Below, piece by piece: positions 17,905 to 33,844 of a DNA stretch of 64,000 nucleotides (positions are counted from its first letter, which is position 1; each line of letters opens with the position of its first letter). Under the pieces are notes generated by a model. That model did no database searches. It saw nothing but the letters and a program-made list of their open reading frames with translations, and had not been told where the DNA came from. The position numbers and the translations under genes were made by a program. Source of the stretch: the human T2T-CHM13v2.0 reference genome, Homo sapiens. The stretch lies in the NCBI RefSeq assembly GCF_009914755.1, contig NC_060931.1. The stretch is one strand, 5' to 3'.

Positions 17905-19703
17905 AGGGTTTATACCGTTTTTACGGGGTCATGAGGTTGACAAGGAGCTCATACTAGGAGTAACAGCTCTGTCATTTCTTACCTGCTTGTGTTTGCACTG
18001 TTAAAACTATCTCTAATCTACAAGTCTCCACACTCTCGAAAAAATCGTTTTGAGACATCTGTCTACCAAGGGAAAATTTGTTTATATAAAACCTGGAATT
18101 ATTTCTGTAATTTGAAAATTCACTTAACAAAGCAGTCATTACCCTCATCTACCCCAAGTCGCTGAAAGATAAAAAAGTGACAAACTCACCATCAACCCCT
18201 CCATGTCATGGGATTTGTCTGTCCTCAGGACACTTTACTCTTCATATGTGACACAAAATGTTCTGTCATATAGACGAAGTGATAATGTCAGGATAGACCC
18301 GCATATTAGGTATCAGTAAAATTTAATTTTTATTTTTAAATAAAAAATCAGTATTTTTTTAAAGTAAATGGAAGTTCTGATGTTTTCTTCCCATGCCCAA
18401 CTGTGGAGACCGAAAGCCTATTCTGCTGTCTCTCGGCATACAGCTAATGAAGAGATGGGGTTCCAATGCCAGCCTGTAGGACTCCACAAACACCTAAACC
18501 AGTATTCAAGCGCCAACCACCTGAGTGAACAAAGGTCCAATCTGGCTCAAGCTTAACAGGAGAGTACCAGGAAATGTTTGCCTCAAGGTTAAAAAATTCC
18601 TAAAGTCACCAAACAGTAGTGTGGCTTCACATGACTGCAGACCCCAGGAGTGCTGAGGACCTATGACAGAACCCAGGACTGGCTATGACACGCCAGACTC
18701 TCAGAGACCCACAGGTGGGTCACACATTCTAATACATCTGAGCCAACCCCAGCAGGGGCCGGGGCAATTCACGCAATATCACGAGAGCAGCGAGTACACC
18801 TGACTTCAAGTCGGTGCCAAGCCCCACAATCTTCCTAGTCGGTGCCAAATTTTCAAGAAGATGGCTGAGGCCACCTTATTTCAGATCTGCACAGGAACAA
18901 GTTATCCCAGCACCATGAGCTAACACTTCGTGGTCTCCATTGTGTTAAAACGTGTGTATGGCAGGATTGCCATGTGCTGACTTAATATTTCAGCTGGGGA
19001 TGGTAGTAACTGGAAGGGGACATGAGAGTTTCTGAAGGGCAGGTCATGTTCTGTTTCTTGATATTGGTGTTGTTATACAGCCATTCAGTTTGTGAAAATT
19101 CATTGTATACTTACAAATACTCATATATTAATACATTAGATCTTTTATTATAATCGTAAAAAATTTCAGAATATATATAAAATTTCAAAAACTAAATATC
19201 TATCAAACTTGCAAACACACAACTAACAGATCGCCCTAACAAAGTTTGAAAGCCACTCAACTAAGCTGGTCAGAAAAGGAAAGCCTGCCTCTAATTTCCC
19301 TTCCAGCCTTCCTTGTCTTTCAAGAAAGGAGAAGGAGTTGAGAGCCTTCACTTAAGCGTGCAGGGAGATGAATTCCTGAAGAGCTGTGTGAAAACCCACC
19401 TCTGGAATACAAATTCATTCTATTAAGGTGGCTTAGGGGACTCTTGTCATTTAAAGACTATTTGGTACAAGAATAATCACTTCAGATTTATCTTCCATGC
19501 TCAGGGCAACCCTCACATAAGTTCGGTTTGCTGCAAAAGGGACGCATCTTCCATGCTGCTTCCAGGCACTGTTCCCAGGCACCACTGACAGCAAAGGTGG
19601 CCGAGGCCCGCCAGCTCTGGCCCAATCCTGCATGTATGTCTTGGTATGGGGGTTCCCACCTCATTGTGGCTCCAGGACTCTGGATCTCCCCGGGGGCTGA
19701 AAC

Positions 19704-19852
19704 CTTTCATCAGATGCTCTCTCTACCCTGCTGAGGTTATCAGCATCATGTCACGAGGTCCCCGACCACCTCGCCACACTTTCATCAGACGCTCTCTCTA
19801 CCCTGCTGAGGTTATCAGCATCATGTCACATGAGGTCCCCGACCACCTCGCC
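19704..19852. repeat. 75-bp tandem duplication (2 copies)
   Basis: ctttcatcaga...gaccacctcgcc starts at 19704 and again at 19779; the second copy has a 2-bp insertion. Confidence 0.95.
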
Positions 19853-19954
19853 CTCACCTCGGCCCAGCTGTCACCAGTTACCTCCCTACCTACTCCTTCA
19901 TCCCCAAGGTCAGGCCCGCCCTAACCCTCCCCATCCTTTGCACCCTCTCTTCTG

Positions 19955-20152
<198 letters not shown>

Positions 20153-21974
20153 TGAATCCCGGACAGGGCATCACAGGATTCAGGGTTCACGGACACTTCC
20201 CTCCACCCGTGTCTTCGCCTCTCCCACTTCTTTAGATCTCTCTCACCTTCAAACATCAGTGGTCCTCTCTCCCTAGCACAGTTTCTCCTTGACTCTGCTG
20301 CCACCCTGCCACTATTTCTTTTCCCTTCCCTTCCCTGGGTGTTTCCTTGAGTGCACAGTTGCCATCCTCTCCCCGCACGTTCTCTCTGAATGGTCTGCTT
20401 ACACAGGCTGGCCCTGGCACTGCCTATGTCTGTCTCTGCAGTTCAGTGAGCTGCTCCCCAATCGTGCTGGCTTAAGCTATAAACCCACTTGTCAGATGAC
20501 GACACCTGCTTTCCCCATAAAACTAGTGATTTAAAATGAGCACAGATTTTTATAAAGTACCCAAAACTTAACCAGTCACTCCTCTAAGATCACTCAGGGA
20601 CAATCTGAGTTCATAAAAATGCTAATGGGGCAAATACTCTTGAACCAACAGAAATTCTATACATCATGATGAGAAAACTATACAAGAAAAGAACATAATA
20701 CATATGTCTAAGCAACATCCAGGAATTTAAAAGCACTTCATAAATGACCATTAAAAAGTTACCTTTATAAAAACTACGGAAAGCAACTGCTTGGTTTTAA
20801 CAAATAGTCTGGCTCCAGTGCGTTAACTAAAGAAATACTAAAAGAATCGCCTCTGGAATCGAACAATCTGGACTGGAATCTCCATGAATGCTGGGTTAAC
20901 CAATCCTGCCCTCAGTGATTCCATCTATAAAATGAGGAAAAGAACACACAGGGTGGTTACGTGGACTGCACGGGTGAACGCACGGAAGGCACTAACTCTA
21001 GCTGCAGGTCAGAGCCCCCGGCACTTTACCCGTGCCTGGATCCACCCACAGAGGTTCTGACTCAATGTGGCTGAGGATGGTCTGGGATTTCAAAACTTCC
21101 CAGGTGATTATAATCTGCACAAGGTCAAGAGCCACTGGACTGACATGTGGCAAAGCTTTCAAAAACAATGCCAGTTGTTCGTGTAATTATTAATAACATG
21201 GCCTAGAAAAATAAGAATCCGGGATTCTGGATCTAAACAAGATGAGGCACATCAAAGAAATCAGGCTAAGGCAAGAGAGCAGTATTCTAACAATCAGGAA
21301 CCCTAAGGGGAAATGAGTTTGAGAGCACAGACAAACAAACATGTTTTCTTGTTCCTGTTCTTCTCAGCCAGTAAAAATCAGGAAAAATGTAGTTCCCAGG
21401 AATAAAGTGAGGACTCTGCATATCAAATGGTGTTCATAAAGGTCACTCATCTCTACACAGTAGGAGCTGTGAAGGGCTGACGTGAATTCCCAGGGCACGA
21501 AGTTCTAACCAGCTGCTAATACAATAACCGCCTAATGAGGAATCTTTAACAAAAGTTGCATACTCAAGTCTAAAAATGTATTTTTCATGCAACTTGGCAT
21601 TGGAGACACTAGCTCTGGCTCTGATTACTTGTTACTTTGTGATATCTTGAGATTTTCAGATCCTGAGGAGGTGTTCTATCTAGAAGGTTCTAGAAGACCT
21701 TTAAAACAAGCATCACCACCCCTAATGAGTGGAAACCCTTGGTAAATAACATCCAGTAAGGAGAAAGCCTGGCAAGGAGAGGCCTGGAGGCAAATAAGGA
21801 GCAAGTGAGTCTAGACTGAATATTCAGAATATTCTCCTATCACCATTCTCCTATCACCAAGTGATGGATTTACCCGTAAGGACAAATGAGTCAGCTCTCT
21901 TTTAAGATGAGAAGTGATCAAATTTTGTTGCTTCAAAAGTCTGTTCTGAATCACTCGTCTTAAAAGCAGCTGTA

Positions 21975-22273
21975 GCTGGGCACGGTGGCTCATGCCTGTA
22001 ATCCCAGCACTTTCGGAGGCCGAGGCAGGTGGATCACCTGAGGCCAGAAGTTCGAGACCAGCCTGGCCAACATGGTAAAACCTCATCTCTACTAAAAATA
22101 CAAAAATTAGCCAGGCATGGTGGTGCACACCTGTAGTCCAAGCTACTCAGGAGGCTGAGGCACAAGAATCACTTAAACCCGGGAGGTGGAGGCTGCAGTG
22201 AACTGAAATCAGGCCACTGCATTTCGGCCTAGACAACAGAGCAAGATTCTGTCTCAAAAACAAAAACAAAAAA
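21975..22273 (+). mobile_element. AluS
   Basis: Full dimer with A-rich tail. Confidence 0.95.
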
Positions 22274-22723
22274 ATGTAAATAATAAATAAGTGCAGCTTC
22301 ATCTCTACTTTTTAAGCACAATAATAATAGGAAAAAGGAATGATAAAAATAAGCAATTATAAAAAGATACATTTTTAAGAAGGGTCATCCCTCCTATATA
22401 AAACACTGCCAGAAAAATAGTACACAAAAAAGCGTAAATCTACAGTGAAAAAACAAAATATGAAAGAAAACAGGTGAAATAAAACAAGGGAAGCTTCCTA
22501 AAGAAAGAATACATACTACAAGTAAATATGCTGAATTCAAAAGGGAAAGCTATGTGATCCATATTCCCAAGCAGAGACTCGACAAGAATTTAATTGGAAA
22601 TGTTTAAGTAATAAAATGTTAAGGCCTTTTCTTGCCATGTTTATAAATTTTCTCATCTATCTTCCATACAATACAAATACATACACAATAAAATAAACTA
22701 AACAAGCACTTATTTCATATCTA

Positions 22724-22905
22724 CTGTGATTCATCCATTCTAAGACCTGTTCTTTCACATTTTAAGATATCTGAAATCGGGGTGAATCTAGTTATTGGTA
22801 CGTACGGTTTAAATGGCAGTATTTTTTCTTCATGATCTTTCTCAGAGGTACAGAAAATAAATGGTGCATCACACTGTTGATGGTATCTTAGTTTCAATGA
22901 AATAT
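22724..22905. mobile_element. MER104-like (Tc2/Kanga) MITE
   Basis: Inverted termini ttcatccattctaagac...tcttagtttcaatgaaata, with internal ttcacattttaagatatctgaaatcggg. Confidence 0.6.
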
Positions 22906-24094
22906 TATGTTTAGTAATCAACAGTCATATTTCTATGTGCAAAATGCTAGCAAGGCGCTAGGCTAGTAAGCTATTTAAGGAGAAAGGATATACGCACAAG
23001 AAGTTAGATTAGTAATAAAAATTGGCTTCTAACAACAGCAAATAAATATACGATGGTAGACAGAAATTGCTAGAAGAATATGAAGCAGAGCGCATTCGTG
23101 CAATTTAATTCTATTGGTAAAAATAAGAGCTAAACTTTGCTCTGGACATGGCCAGAATTTAGAAAATTGGGGAACCTGGGCAGGCACTCCCTTTGGGGAA
23201 AAGAGCATGAGTAAGATACTAAAGAAAGAACAGAAGGCCTCACGGGGCATGGCTAAGTCGTACTGTGGGCCATTCCTGCAGGGACAGGATGGAGATTGGG
23301 TGGGTACTGGGGTTAGACTACAGAAGACCTGAACTGCCAAACTAAGCAGTGTGGATTTTATCTAACAAGCTGGCATCCTTAACAGCCACCCCCTGCCAAA
23401 GCGCAGGCTCTCTACGATAGCCTGGGAGAACTCCTCAGGCTCCTGTTCTCTGGCCAAAAATGGTCTGGTTCCTCCTCGTCTGTCAGGTAATTCCTCTGCC
23501 TCCGTGGCACCCCCCTCCCCCCACAACAATGCCATAAGCAGTTTTCCACTTGGATCACCCCTCCGGATGTTGTCTCAGACCACCCTCCAGGCTCACGGAA
23601 GCCTCTGCCGCTCGTGGAGAGGTACCTGGCCCGTGCAGAGTGACTGAAGCTTCCAGAGAAGGGTGCTTGTGCAGGAACTGCAGGAAGATTCCCGTCCTGC
23701 AGAAGAAACTGAATGATCTCAGATCAGGTGGGGAGGACCAAAGAGAAGGCAGGGAAAGAAAAGCAGCAGATGTGAGGGGCATCTGGAAGGGGGACCCAGG
23801 GGCTGAGGATAAGGGGGACAGGGAGACAGTAACATCCTGGGGCAAGCAAGCCACACCGCCCAAGAGGCTGCTGGCACCACAGACAGCAGCAGGCCTCGGA
23901 TTAAGTCCCCGCACACACAGCCCTCCTCTGAAGCACCCTCTACTGGCTCTGCCATGTCTTCATTCAAACACCGATCAGTGTCCTACTATGTGCCAGAGAC
24001 ACCACTAGATTTCGAGGAAACTGAGGTGAGTCAAACACTGTCCCTGACCCCCACTGTCCACAGTCTGGTATTAAAAACAGAAGTGAAAAATAAA

Positions 24095-24470
24095 TCACTG
24101 TAATTCACAATAGCCAAAAGGCAGAAGCAACTCACCAACTGTCCACTGGCTGATGAATGAATAAACAAACGGTGGCACATACACACAATGGAATATCACT
24201 CAGCCTCAAAAAGGAAGGAAATTCTGACACACACTACAACACAGGTGAAGCTTGAGGTCATTATGCAAAGGCACAAAAAGAAATACTAGATGATTCCATT
24301 TACAGGAGGTACATAGAGGAGTCAAATTCATAGAGACAGAAAGTAGAAGGGTGGATGCCAGGGGATAGGGGAGAGGGGAAATGAGGAGTTGCTTGATGGG
24401 TACAGAGGTTCTATTTTGCAGGATGAAAAGTGTCGTGGAGATGGATGGTGGTGACGATGGCACAGCAGGG
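24095..24470 (+). mobile_element. L1MB 3' fragment
   Basis: cacaatggaatatcactcagcctcaaaaaggaaggaaattctgacac...gagacagaaagtagaa. Confidence 0.75.
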
Positions 24471-24775
24471 TGAAAGTATATCATGGCATGAAAATGTTTA
24501 CAATATAATGAAAACTGCAAGATGCAAATTGTATACATAGCATGATCCCATTTTATGAAAAAAGTAAAGTCTCATATACATATTTTGAAACACTAGGAAG
24601 ATGCATATCAAACTGTTTATATAATAGTTATTGTTAGGTGGCAGAAATAAAGATGATTATTTTCTACTAAATATACTTCTGTACTTTCCAAAGTACCTAC
24701 AAATGAGGACCATTTATAATCAGAGACAAACTTTTTTTATCCCAACAGAGAGGGAATCAACATGCAGGGAACTGA

Positions 24776-25058
<283 letters not shown>

Positions 25059-25296
25059 CAGCACTGGGTTTAAAATGACAGCTAATCACCCACAGGGATT
25101 TAGTTCATGGAACAGGTCTGGAATGAAGATGTAGTTCCAGGTGATCTTCAAGAAAGGAGAGAAGGTGTGAAAAGGCATTCTGAGTTAGGATTCAGGAGGA
25201 GAAAGCAGCTAAGGGGAAGAGAAAGATAAAAAGAAGCCCAGCTTTATGAAGCAGCTTACAAATCCAGGGAGAAGCCACGGTACTGAATTCACCAAG

Positions 25297-25657
25297 TGAT
25301 ATGGTTCGGCTGTGTCCCACCCAAATCTCATCTTGAATTGTAGCTCCCATAATTCCCATGTGTTGTGGGAGGGATCTGGTGGAAGATAATTGAATCGTGG
25401 GGGTGGTTTCCTCCATACTATTCTGGTGGTAGTGAATAAGTCTCACGAGATCTGATGGTTTTATAAGGGGAAACCCCTTTCGCTTGGCTCTCATTCTCTC
25501 TTGTCTGCCACCATGTAAGACGTGCCTCTCACCTTCTGCCATGATTGTGATGCCTCCTCAGCCACATGGAACTGTGAGTCCATTAAACCTCTTTTTCTTT
25601 ATAAATTACCCAATCTCAGGTATGTCTTTATCAGCACTGTGAAAACGGACTAATACA
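25297..25657 (+). mobile_element. THE1 (THE1C-like) solo LTR
   Basis: Termini tgatatggtt...ggactaataca with a perfect 5-bp TSD CCAAG (25292-25296 / 25658-25662). Confidence 0.92.
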
Positions 25658-26314
25658 CCAAGTTGCTATTAATTCTGATCTATTCAATCATTCATATGAT
25701 CATTTACCTATTTAATTGTTAACTCATAGAAGCATTCCTTCCTACACACCCACCCACTTAGTGATTTAACAAATATTTATTGAGGGCCTACTCTCTGCCA
25801 GGCCCAGTGCCAGGTGGAGGGGCTAAGGCACAATCTCTGTCCTCAAAAAACTAGTTAGGAACAATCATAACACAGTGGTCAGAGTTATAATAGGGACGCA
25901 CAGGGGCAATGAGCATCCAAATCATTCTGGGATTTCTGGAAGTCTTCCTGAGGGAAGTACAGAATCAAGCAAATGAGGAAGAGAAGTGCATTCCACGCAG
26001 AAAGAACAGCATGTGCAAAGGCACAGGGGCATAAAACAGTTCAACGCAGTTCCCCATATGGGGAATGACCATACTGCCAGAGCAATACGGTTAACAGGAG
26101 AGGCAGGCAATGAGGTAGGAGAGGGGAGAGGAGGAGGCTGTTGCAAATCAAGAAAAACAAGGATTGAACAAACCAGAGACACTGCCATGTGAGGCACCAC
26201 ATGGTCCTAATCAAGTGAATGTAGTGAACACACTGGCAAGGAACTGAGCCGAGGGCCCAGCAATAAGGGAACAAACAGAAACCCAAAGTCAAATCCTAAA
26301 TCTTGGCCCACTAT

Positions 26315-26837
<523 letters not shown>

Positions 26838-27782
26838 TGAGTCAGTGTGTCTGTATTCATGCATGCATTTCCTTGTATGTGCATCTCTGCATATATTGCT
26901 ATTAATCTATATGCTTGTACTCATGCATCTACGTTTTGAATTTTCCTTTGACAACGTCTGTGAATACATATTTGTCTTTCCTCGTCTTTGCACGACTGTT
27001 ATCCTCTGGATACATGCACGTTAATGATTATGCGTGTGCCTGTGTGTGTATGCTGAGCATAAGTGGGCATGTGACCCACATGCGCGGGCCACAAGAGGGG
27101 CCATCTGCGGGTTCAGCCTGCCTGGCGCCCACGCCCACCCCAGTCTTGCCTTGGGGAACACTCCTTCCACCATGGCACCGGATCTAGGTGCCACCATCAC
27201 CCACGATGCTCATTCTCTCCTGACCAAGGGACGGGCAACTATCCCAAGCCCCAGGCTCTCTCCCCAAAATCTGAATCTCAAACAGAATGATTAAAAGGCT
27301 GAAATTCATCCTGTTGGCTATGCCCTAAAGGAACAGTCTTCAACTCCTACAGCCTGGATCCCCAAGCTGCAGGCCCTGAGGCATCTTGTCAGGGCCACAG
27401 AAGTGGAAACTGACATATATATGAATATTTATATAACTTCCCAGCTGTAAAGTTCTATGACTCAGGAGCTTAACAGTCTCACTTACATCCCATGATGACA
27501 GCCTTGCCTGGGACTGTCATTTAAATCTCTTTCTCTCCCCCTCGTTTAGCTTATTACTATCCCACTGTCTCACATCAGCTACTCTTCTTCCCTGGTATAG
27601 AGAGGACTGGTTTCTTCCTAGCAACCCCGAACAGTAGACGGCAATACTTCCTCAGGGTCACTCAGCAACAATCCAAGATGATCCAAACAAACCAGTATGA
27701 TTCAGAAGTTGTTCCTGTCCAGGTACGTACCAGTTACACAATTCGAGATATACAGATTTGTTTTTGCACTATAGCCAAAAGG

Positions 27783-28103
<321 letters not shown>

Positions 28104-28893
28104 TGACCTTAATATAACTCCAAAAATCTGCTATACATTAATTCATTCCCTCTTGGCAATCAACTAAACATCAAGACTTAAATAGCACCACAAATCACGA
28201 CCATACACAACTAGGGAAAGTCCCATTTATCTACATATTCATGCATCCATCTCTCACGCAGTACATTGTGCTGGACATTGTGGAATAAAAAGATGACGCT
28301 AACGGGGCTCCCATCATTAGGAAAAGGGAGTGGGGGCTTATGGCAGAGAGGCCCAACCTGCATAGGACAAAGGGTCTTTATGTTTATTTCCCATAAAAAG
28401 CCTGCAATTAACCTAACGCGCATTTTACGAATGGAGAAAAATGTCATCTTTGTTATGATCATTTTTAACCCTGACTGTTGGTTATCAATTATTTCAGCAT
28501 GAAATATGTCAGCGAAGTTTGGTCATAATTAAAATTTATTTAAATTTACATTAAGTTAGAAGCATTACTTTTTCTGGATTAGAAGATCCATTCATAAATC
28601 CCTTTATAAATTTATGTAGATTTAACTGTCAAAGAGGTGTAACTTGATACATTCCTAAGAGCTGAACTACTGGGCCAAAAGGTGTAAACCTAACTTCATT
28701 TGTGAGGATCAGAGAGCAACTGTGCCTCTTAATCAGACCCGACCCCTCTTTAAACAGTGCTCTCAAGGACTAACAATTTTCAATTCCAAATGTCACACCC
28801 ATGTGGGATCAGGTCAGTTCCCAGGACTGGAGAGCAAAAGAGAGACTACTGGTCCCTTAACACAAACAAGCTCTGAAATGTGTCGAAAAATTA

Positions 28894-29509
<616 letters not shown>

Positions 29510-30594
29510 ACAAAAATAAAAAAATTTTAAATACATGCTACAGTGTTTCCAACACCAGCAAAGGGCTGAACCTCCCAGACACCCCAGGCTGGAGCCCAGG
29601 CTGCCACGGCAGGCACCTCACAGAAGCGTATCTGCGGCCAGAGAGTAAAACTGCTCTCTCCATATTGCACGTGCTTTTCTCAAGAAACGCTTTCTAATGC
29701 CCTGTAGGACTAGAAACACAAGCGGTGGTGTCTTCCGGATTTTCCAAAGAGATCAAACTATTATGAAGCAAAGTCTCCAGGAACATAAATGATAAGAATG
29801 CTGGGAAATTCTAAAAGCACTGCAAACTCCACACAATAAGGGACATGAAAAGAGATGAATGGGACACTAAATGTGTCTTTCCCCCATGCCCTCATAACCT
29901 CTCCCTGTGCAGTTCTGACAGAAGGGCCCCTTGCAGGCCATCGGACAGCACAGCCAAGGAGCAGGAGCCATCTGTCCTGCACTTGGATCCGGGTGACGGC
30001 CAATGCCCACAACCTCTTGCCCACCAAAGAGTGGGGTCTCCTCTAGGCACACACTGGGAGGTTAAAACCCCATTCTAAGTTGCTCCTGTTGTCCTCGGAG
30101 CAGTCTCAAGACTTGAAGTTTGGCACTTGGAAGGCACCCAATTAAAGGTCAAAGTACATAGGAGGGCTCCATGCCAGGAGATCTTGGCGTTCTTCTTTTG
30201 AAGTCTATGACGGAAATGCTGCATTTTGAAAGCTACTGGGGGAAGCATTGTGAGACTGAGGCAAACACAGCAGCTGGGCAGAAAATAGATCTATTAGGCT
30301 CCTACCGTGGGCTGAGAGAGCTGCTTTGGGATCGGCCCCATGATGCGCTTTCCCTACCCTGCCACGAGGCTATCACCCCCCACAGGGACCACGGGAGGCT
30401 GCTGCTGTACACAAAAGGTCCTCACCTCCTCCAGGCCTGGCCCACTCAACAATCCTTTCACAGCTTCCTGCTCTATTCCTTCTTCTGTGATCCACAGATA
30501 CTATAATTATAAACTACTTTTTTCATGGAACCTGACCTGCTCCTGCCCCATCTCACTTAAGTGATGATGATGCCACTATCAAAAAGAAAAATGC

Positions 30595-30809
30595 GACCAG
30601 GCACAGTGGCTCATGCCTGTAGTCCCAGCACTTTGGGAGGCTGAGGCAGGAGAACTGCTTGATCTCAGGGGTTCAAGGCTGCTGTGAGAGATGATCATGC
30701 CATTGCACTCCAGCCTAGGTGACAGATAGAGGCTCTGTCTCTTAAGAAAAAAAAAAAAAAAGAAAGAAAAGGAAAAAGAAAAGAAAGGAAGAAATAAAAA
30801 AAGAAAAAA
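30595..30809 (+). mobile_element. FRAM/AluJ-like monomer with long purine-rich tail
   Basis: Single monomer followed by an A/AG tract. Confidence 0.8.
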
Positions 30810-31222
30810 GCTATCAGACATCAACTTCCTCAATAGCATCATCCTCCCGCCCCTTTACCTGCATGCACCTAAACCTGTAGCCATCACTCCCCCTTCCCAC
30901 CTGTCTCAGTGGAAGAGGCGCCATTCTCCCTGTGCAAGGATGCACTGGAGTGTGAATCTCTCCTCTCTCAGTTATCAGTTATGTGACCTGAGGTGAGTTA
31001 CTTCATCTCCTTATAATTGTACTGGATAGGGTTATCAGGATTACATGGCTTAATACAATTAATACATATCAACTTCCTAGAAGAATGCCTGACATAAGTG
31101 CACATTCGATTTTAGTTACCTATTATTATGTCTACTATCATCATCATTTATCCTAGTCTTCTCTGAGAGCTTTCTCAAGTAATTGTATCTTTTCTCTCCA
31201 TTACCTTCAACCATTTTGTGCT

Positions 31223-31733
31223 TATGGTAGCTGCTAATCTCCAAAGACGACCACCATCAATGTCAATGTCTAGGCTATTTCACCACCCATCAGTGGGTAG
31301 CCCTATTTCCTCCTGCCCCTTGTGGACTAGTCTTGTGATTTTCTCTGACCAGCAGAATGCATCAGAGACAACTTTTGAGCTCCAGATCTTAAGAGGGCCG
31401 CTAGCTCCTGCTTCATTCCCCTTAGAAGCCAGCGGCCCCATATGAAGTCCTACTATAAGAAGTCCAAGCTGGTCACCTGGGAAGAGAGAGGGAGGGAATG
31501 TGGTGGGACATGAAGGTAGGAGGGGGTGAAACAGCCTCAGCCTTCCAGCCCAGCCCTGGAGCCAACCGAACACAGCCAAGTGAGTGACCCCAGCTGAGTT
31601 TCATGGAGCAGAATTATCCATCCGAGACCTGTCCGAATTCCTGACCCGCAGAATCATGAGAAATAATAAACCATTACTGTTTTCAACCATTCTGTTTCAG
31701 GGTGATTTGTTATGCAGCAATAGATAACCAAAA
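31223..31733 (+). mobile_element. Old MLT1 (H-like) solo LTR
   Basis: 3' end aattcctgacccgcagaatcatgagaaataataaa...ttgttatgcagcaatagataac. Confidence 0.65.
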
Positions 31734-33844
31734 TGAGGCTCCCCTTTAGCTTTAAAAGAATGTTCCATCTCATATCCATCTTCAAACATCCCCCACAGTT
31801 CTGCGGTCCTACATCCACCAACAGTTACTGCCCTCTTTGTATCACCACCGCAGTCCTCTACAATAGCACTTCACATGCCACTGGATAGTCACTTACGTAC
31901 AGAACAACTTCCCCTTGTAGACGGAGTTGCTAGAGGGCTGTGACTGACTGCCGTATTTCTCTTAGTATCCCAACATCCAGCACGGTGCTCAGCACATGGC
32001 AGTGAGTGCTCCATCAATGTTGGCTGAGTCATGCAGACATGTGGGCATGGAACTACCACACAACTGGCCTGCCTGCAGGCATGCCTTCTGGCACTGGCAA
32101 ACCCAAAACAAAGATGGAAGAATGAAAAACAGGACCCAGGCAAGCACACTTCCCAGAACCAGACAAGATGCAAAAGGTGCAGGAGAGAGATGAAGGGCAA
32201 GATCTGCTGGTGGGAGGCAGAAGTCACATGCGGAAAGCCACTGAGATTTGGAAACTTTCCACAGCACTGCTGGTTTACCCAGCCTGATAGGGTACACATT
32301 CTACAGGTATATCTTGTTTTCCTCTCGGGGAACTGAACACAATTGGAAGAGGGAGTAGAGGAACCTGAAGGCTGTCAATGAGTAAAGTCAATATAAACTA
32401 CAACGAACAAAATAGAACAGTTGCAGGTTCAGGATTTCTGGGAAGTATTCAGAAGGTTAAACTTTATACCAGATCTAGGCAAGAACTCAAGGCATTAATA
32501 CACTGTGTTTTATGAAGAACCAAAAAGGCTCAAGGGGCATATAAAACAAACGAAGTAGGACAGCCGGCTGTACCAGTTAGTTTTTGAACAAAGTACTCAT
32601 TTTAAGGCATCGACTTCCTCCCACCAAAATTCCAAAGTAAATAAGAAATTGATTTTAAACCAGTGGTATACACTAACTTAATTAACGGAGGAGATGTATG
32701 ACAACCACACACTTGGCTGTCAGAAACAAACAACAGAAAAACAGCATAGTCAACACAAAGCAAAAATGGTATCAAAACCACAAGGAAATGATCCAGGACG
32801 TGATAAAAGAGGAAATGCGGCAAGAAAATGTCACTCAGTATTAAGAAAAATATTATCCTCACTGGTGGAGAAAATGGAATATGGCTCATCATGGAATTTT
32901 AACTTTTTGAGTTTTTTTATTGTTAAAATGTTTAATTTGCCGAAATAAAGTAAAATGCACCACCACACAACACTGTAGGTTTTGAAAGCCTGCTTCATTC
33001 ATTTCTCTTAACCTACGTTTGGTGAGCATCTTCTATGGGCTAGGCCAGGCTGTGACTTCACAGTCAGGGCTTCTAACAGGGACAGGGAGCTGGCCAGGGG
33101 CCACAGGTGGCTCTGACTGGGGCTCTGTCCACAGAGCTCACTCTGCCCTGCAAGCAAAGCCTGTGAGTGGGCACTTCAGTGGGAGAGACCACAGAGTCAT
33201 TCTCTAACCCAGACCCAGAACAGAGGAGACCGTGGCTGGGGGTGCACATGCCCACCCCCAGGGTGGGAAAAACTCTTGCTAGCTGTGTGAGCAAGTCAAT
33301 GAACTTCTCTAAGCTTTATTTTCCTCATCTGTAAAATGGGGATCCTTACAGTACCTACCTCATGCAATTGTTGCACGGATTAAACAAGAGACACTGTGCC
33401 GTCTCCTCACACAATGTTTGGCACACAGCATGCACTCTATAATTGTTGGGTATTATTATTATTCCCAGCTCAGCCCCTGAGACTGCTGCAGGAGAGGACC
33501 AGAGAAAGAAGTGCAAAGAGAACCTTATTCAAAGGCCCAAATGCCAATGAACAATCAGAGAAATGCACCTTTAATGGAGATATTTTTTACCTATGAGTTG
33601 GGCAAAGACAATAAAGACTGGTCACAGCCTGTATTATGGAGGAGAGAAGCAAGCTGGCACTCTGGTGCATTGCTAGAGAGAATGTGGATTGCTTCAGCCT
33701 TTCTAGAGAGCGATTTGGCAATATGCATCAAAATTTAATATGTGCATACTGCCTAGTCCAGCAAGTCTATTTCTGAGAATTTATCTTAAGAAAGTAATTG
33801 GAAAAGTGTGTAAAGATGTATACACAACGATGCTCATAGCAGTG

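Noticed and set aside
25387-25397. DUX4 site in the THE1 LTR
   Set aside because: It reads TAATTGAATCG rather than ...ATCA, so the core is degraded, and the LTR is antisense to the gene.
25553-25565. Possible PRDM9 hotspot motif in the THE1 LTR
   Set aside because: The sequence CCTCCTCAGCCAC lacks the T at position 7 of CCNCCNTNNCCNC.
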